A DNA stretch of 64,000 nucleotides from assembly GCF_006345805.1 (NCBI RefSeq), contig NC_043001.1:17050001-17114000 (forward strand), written 5' to 3'. The notes under the pieces are model-generated. The model saw only the letters and a list, made by a program, of their open reading frames with translations, ran no database searches and was not told the origin of the DNA. Positions 60,811 to 64,000 of this stretch are shown piece after piece. The position numbers and the translations under genes are program-made. The stretch comes from Octopus sinensis. Lineage: Eukaryota. How positions within the stretch are numbered: the stretch's first letter is position 1; each line of letters begins with the position of its first letter.

Positions 60811-62073
60811 TACCATAGTCAGAGTTTGTGGTTGTGGTTATGTCGATGTATCTGTTTTAGCTTGTGCACCTAACTGCTAGTGAATGGGTTAATAGCTGCA
60901 TATATTATTAAATGGGATGTGTGTGAATGCAGAATGTATGTGCGTGTACAGTATGTAGGAACAAAGTATGCACATTGATAACCCGAAGTCTAAATTCATT
61001 GTGTCAAATATCGTACAGCTTTGTACAAGTGTACATGCACGCATATACAACACACACACAAACACTCAATCGCATATATATAGATACATATGCATAGTTA
61101 TGTAAACTGTACACAGATATATACGCATACATGTATTTGAATGCATACATATGTTTATTCATAATTTTAAGGATATATTTTCTTTTCAGCCTAGCCACCA
61201 GGCAGGCGGCCGTTCTAGATAAACACAAAAGCCTCTGATCAGAAAATGAACATACATATCTACTTGCTTTCTTTATGTGGAGCAATAGGCGTAATTTTTT
61301 AATATATTCTGAAAATACATGAAAAGTATAATTGGGAAAAGAATGTTGGAGAAGATGATTTTTTTCATTATTTAGTATATTTTCCGGTCAATCTAATTAG
61401 CATACAGAAACCTGATTGTCAAACCAAACATTTTATCCATAAATACATATGTGTATAAGTATGTGAGTGTGTATTCATGTATATATGTTATTCAATTTTA
61501 TTTCTTGATTTGTTGCCAATGGAGATAGAACAGGTTTCTAACCTAGATTCAAGTTTCTGTCATTGGAATTTCAAAACACCTACAAGGTACATATTTTTGT
61601 GTATGTGTGCAATATTTGGCGTCAGTGCACGTACAGGCATGTCTGTTTTGCTTTGTTTATGCTAAACTTTCTAAAAGTTTCACATATTTTAACATTTCCA
61701 TTGATGGCTCATGTCTGTAATCGAACTAGCTTTCTCCTTTCTCGTTTTGAGAACTCTAATTTCCCAAAATTGTTGCTGAGACAGTTTCTTACGTATCTTA
61801 AACCCCTAATAAGTACGAGCGTAAATCTGAACTTATAATCCAGGTAAGGTAGCTGTAAGTTTATCAATAGTTCAGTGCAGGTGTATTCTTTTCACTGATC
61901 CTTAGCTTTATGTTAACATCCACTGGGCAACTGATTTCCACTACTGTACATAATTTCCTTTGTCCTAAATCATTATGTCTGGTCTGTATTTTATCGAGGC
62001 TTTTACCTGGACATTCCACCGGTACTCTTTCATATTGAGGGTGGTTATGGTTCCTACCACATCATTACACACC

Positions 62074-62491
62074 TATTTCTTTACTACCCACAAGGGGCTA
62101 AACATAGAGGGGACAAACAAGGACAGACAAACGGATTAAGTCCATTATATCGACCCCAGTGCGTAACTGGTACTTATTTAATCGACCCCGAAAGGATGAA
62201 AGGCAAAGTCGACCTCGGAGGAATTTGAACTCAGAACGTTGCAGCAGACGAAATACCTATTTCTTTATTACCCACAAGGGGCTAAACATAGAGGGGACAA
62301 ACAAGGACAGACAAACGGATTAAGTCGATTATATCGACCCCAGTGCGTAACTGGTACTTATTTAATCGACCCCGAAAGGATGAAAGGCAAAGTCGACCTC
62401 GGAGGAATTTGAACTCAGAACGTTGCAGCAGACGAAATACCGCTAAACATTTCACCTGGTGTGGTAACGATTCTGCCAGCTCGCCGCCCTT
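62074..62491 (-). mobile_element. SINE family A dimer with 13-bp TSD
   Basis: ATCATTACACACC at 62061-62073 and 62498-62510. Confidence 0.88.
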
Positions 62492-62589
62492 CGTTATATC
62501 ATTACACACCACATATCAGCTTAAGTTTTGGATAGCATTACCTCGTCCTATCTCTAATTTCATAGAACCGTTTAGCGAATTCGCTTAAA

Positions 62590-62900
62590 TCATATTTGGA
62601 GCAAAGATTTTCTATTCCAGAAGAGATATTTTGTCAACCAAAACATATCGTAGTGCCGGCGGTTTTGGTATTTTTCGAAGGAATTTGTCCAAATACTTTT
62701 ATGGGTCAGGGATTCTTTTAGTCATTCGTTTTGAAATGCTGAGGAATAGAGTAACGTCAGTTGAGGTACACATAAGTAGTTGCAATGATGGCATCAGGAT
62801 TACTGGAACTAAATGTTCTGACGATCTTAGAGATAATCTAATGAGTCGTATCGGATTTATTGTTCATGTAAGATCTTCCGCTGAAGTTGTTTAGAGAGAG
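62590..62900 (-). pseudogene. Highly decayed CR1/L2-group LINE C-terminus
   Basis: KYLDKFLRKIPKPP...SLLE resembles the LDxFL..VPDEP..SNSL ends seen at 18 kb and 42.5 kb. Confidence 0.35.
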
Positions 62901-63189
62901 TTACTCATAAGTCGTTGACATTACAGGATACCAAAGGATATTCTCCTGAGAATGTGCTTGTTCAGCCAACTCCATATTGTAAATATTTGATCACAAATAT
63001 TTTTCTTGTTGAACAGCATTCGGTTACACTAATTCACTCATTCAATTACAGTAATTGATATAGGTCAGTTTGTAGGCTCATCCGGTTAGTTACACCACTC
63101 CTTTGACAAATTGAAATCTTGTTTTGCCACTAATCCCGAAATCTGGCGTCTCACTGTCCGCTGAGCAATGTCCTAACTTGAAGACAACC

Positions 63190-63289
63190 NNNNNNNNNNN
63201 NNNNNNNNNNNNNNNNNNNNNNNNNNNNNNNNNNNNNNNNNNNNNNNNNNNNNNNNNNNNNNNNNNNNNNNNNNNNNNNNNNNNNNNNN
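63190..63289. other. Assembly gap (100 N)
   Basis: Read directly from the sequence. Confidence 1.
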
Positions 63290-63400
63290 AGGAAAAGAAG
63301 TAGGGTTTAACGTTTCGAGCGGAGAGCTCGTCAGAAACATAGGAAAAGGAAAGATCCAAAGAAGAGAAGACGGAGGAAAAAAAATCGCCAACGGTACAAA
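63290..63400 (-). mobile_element. PLE pseudo-LTR family E fragment
   Basis: Revcomp CTGACGAGCTCTCCGCTCGAAACGTTAAA. Confidence 0.65.
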
Positions 63401-64000
63401 GCAGTAAGTGATTAAGATCGTATTTGAATGAATAATTCTTTTTCATATAATTACTGCATTACTTTTGGTTTCATGGTAAATCTTAGCAATTATTCAACAG
63501 CAGATTGAATAACCCAGACGAAGCAACAAGCTTTTGTAGGCCGTGTAAAAGAAAGCAGAAACGCATTAGAGAAGATATAATTTTGACAGGCATGTCATCC
63601 ACCATAATGTGTTAATGTTTAAGGCAATGCCTTGCATTTAGATATAATTACAAATAAATTAGTCTTCAGTCTTCAACCTGCTTTTCCGTGGCATTATGAG
63701 TTAAACAAGGCACCGATTGGGGTATATACATCAAAGAGGAGGAGGCCTTCATTAAAAAAACAAAAAAAAACTATTGGTCGATAGCGAAAACTTAAAACTT
63801 GATTACGGTTAAGATACGATCTGTGTTTGTAATTACAGCAATAAAAAGTCAAATATGACGGCAGTAAAGTGGACTATCAGTAAAATGTTTCATTCTCTGA
63901 CAAATAATTTTCAGGAGTGACGAGACAACAACCTAACCAAGGACACCAAAAACAGTTCAAAGTTGCTTTGAATTAAAGAGGTGACCCGAATATTCGAATA

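Noticed and set aside
60570-60890. Mucin-like poly-Thr exon from (ACT)n
   Set aside because: The frame shifts within the repeat and stops occur in the flanks, so it is a simple microsatellite.
63090-63446. ORFs spanning 63.1-63.4 kb
   Set aside because: They read through the 100-N assembly gap.

Overview
AT-rich, microsatellite-saturated animal genomic DNA with no intact protein-coding gene. The SINE families point to an Octopus genome; this is an inference from remembered sequence, not a database search. Almost all recognisable sequence is transposon-derived. It includes four tRNA-derived SINE families (about 40 copies) and LINE remnants (R4/Dong with a restriction-like endonuclease stacked in (TAA)n, RTE, CR1/L2-group). 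DNA transposon remnants include a mariner D,D34D deletion derivative, a DD37D/maT element, a FLYWCH-MULE, a Merlin-like MITE and Helentron/DINE-like elements. There are many Penelope-like element (PLE) remnants that end in (TA)n and carry minimal type I hammerhead ribozyme motifs. One weak host-gene candidate is a signal-peptide exon at 639-702. The most notable signals are: a 1.6-kb palindromic PLE with hammerheads on both strands; several small hammerhead-bearing fold-backs; a PLE family with a fixed non-canonical CUGUNGA core; TSD-flanked SINE concatemers with an invariant junction; SINE/LINE tail sharing; and a four-level nested Naiad-type PLE. Nearly all supplied ORFs are artefacts of repeats. 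Element boundaries were read by eye and may be off by a few bases.
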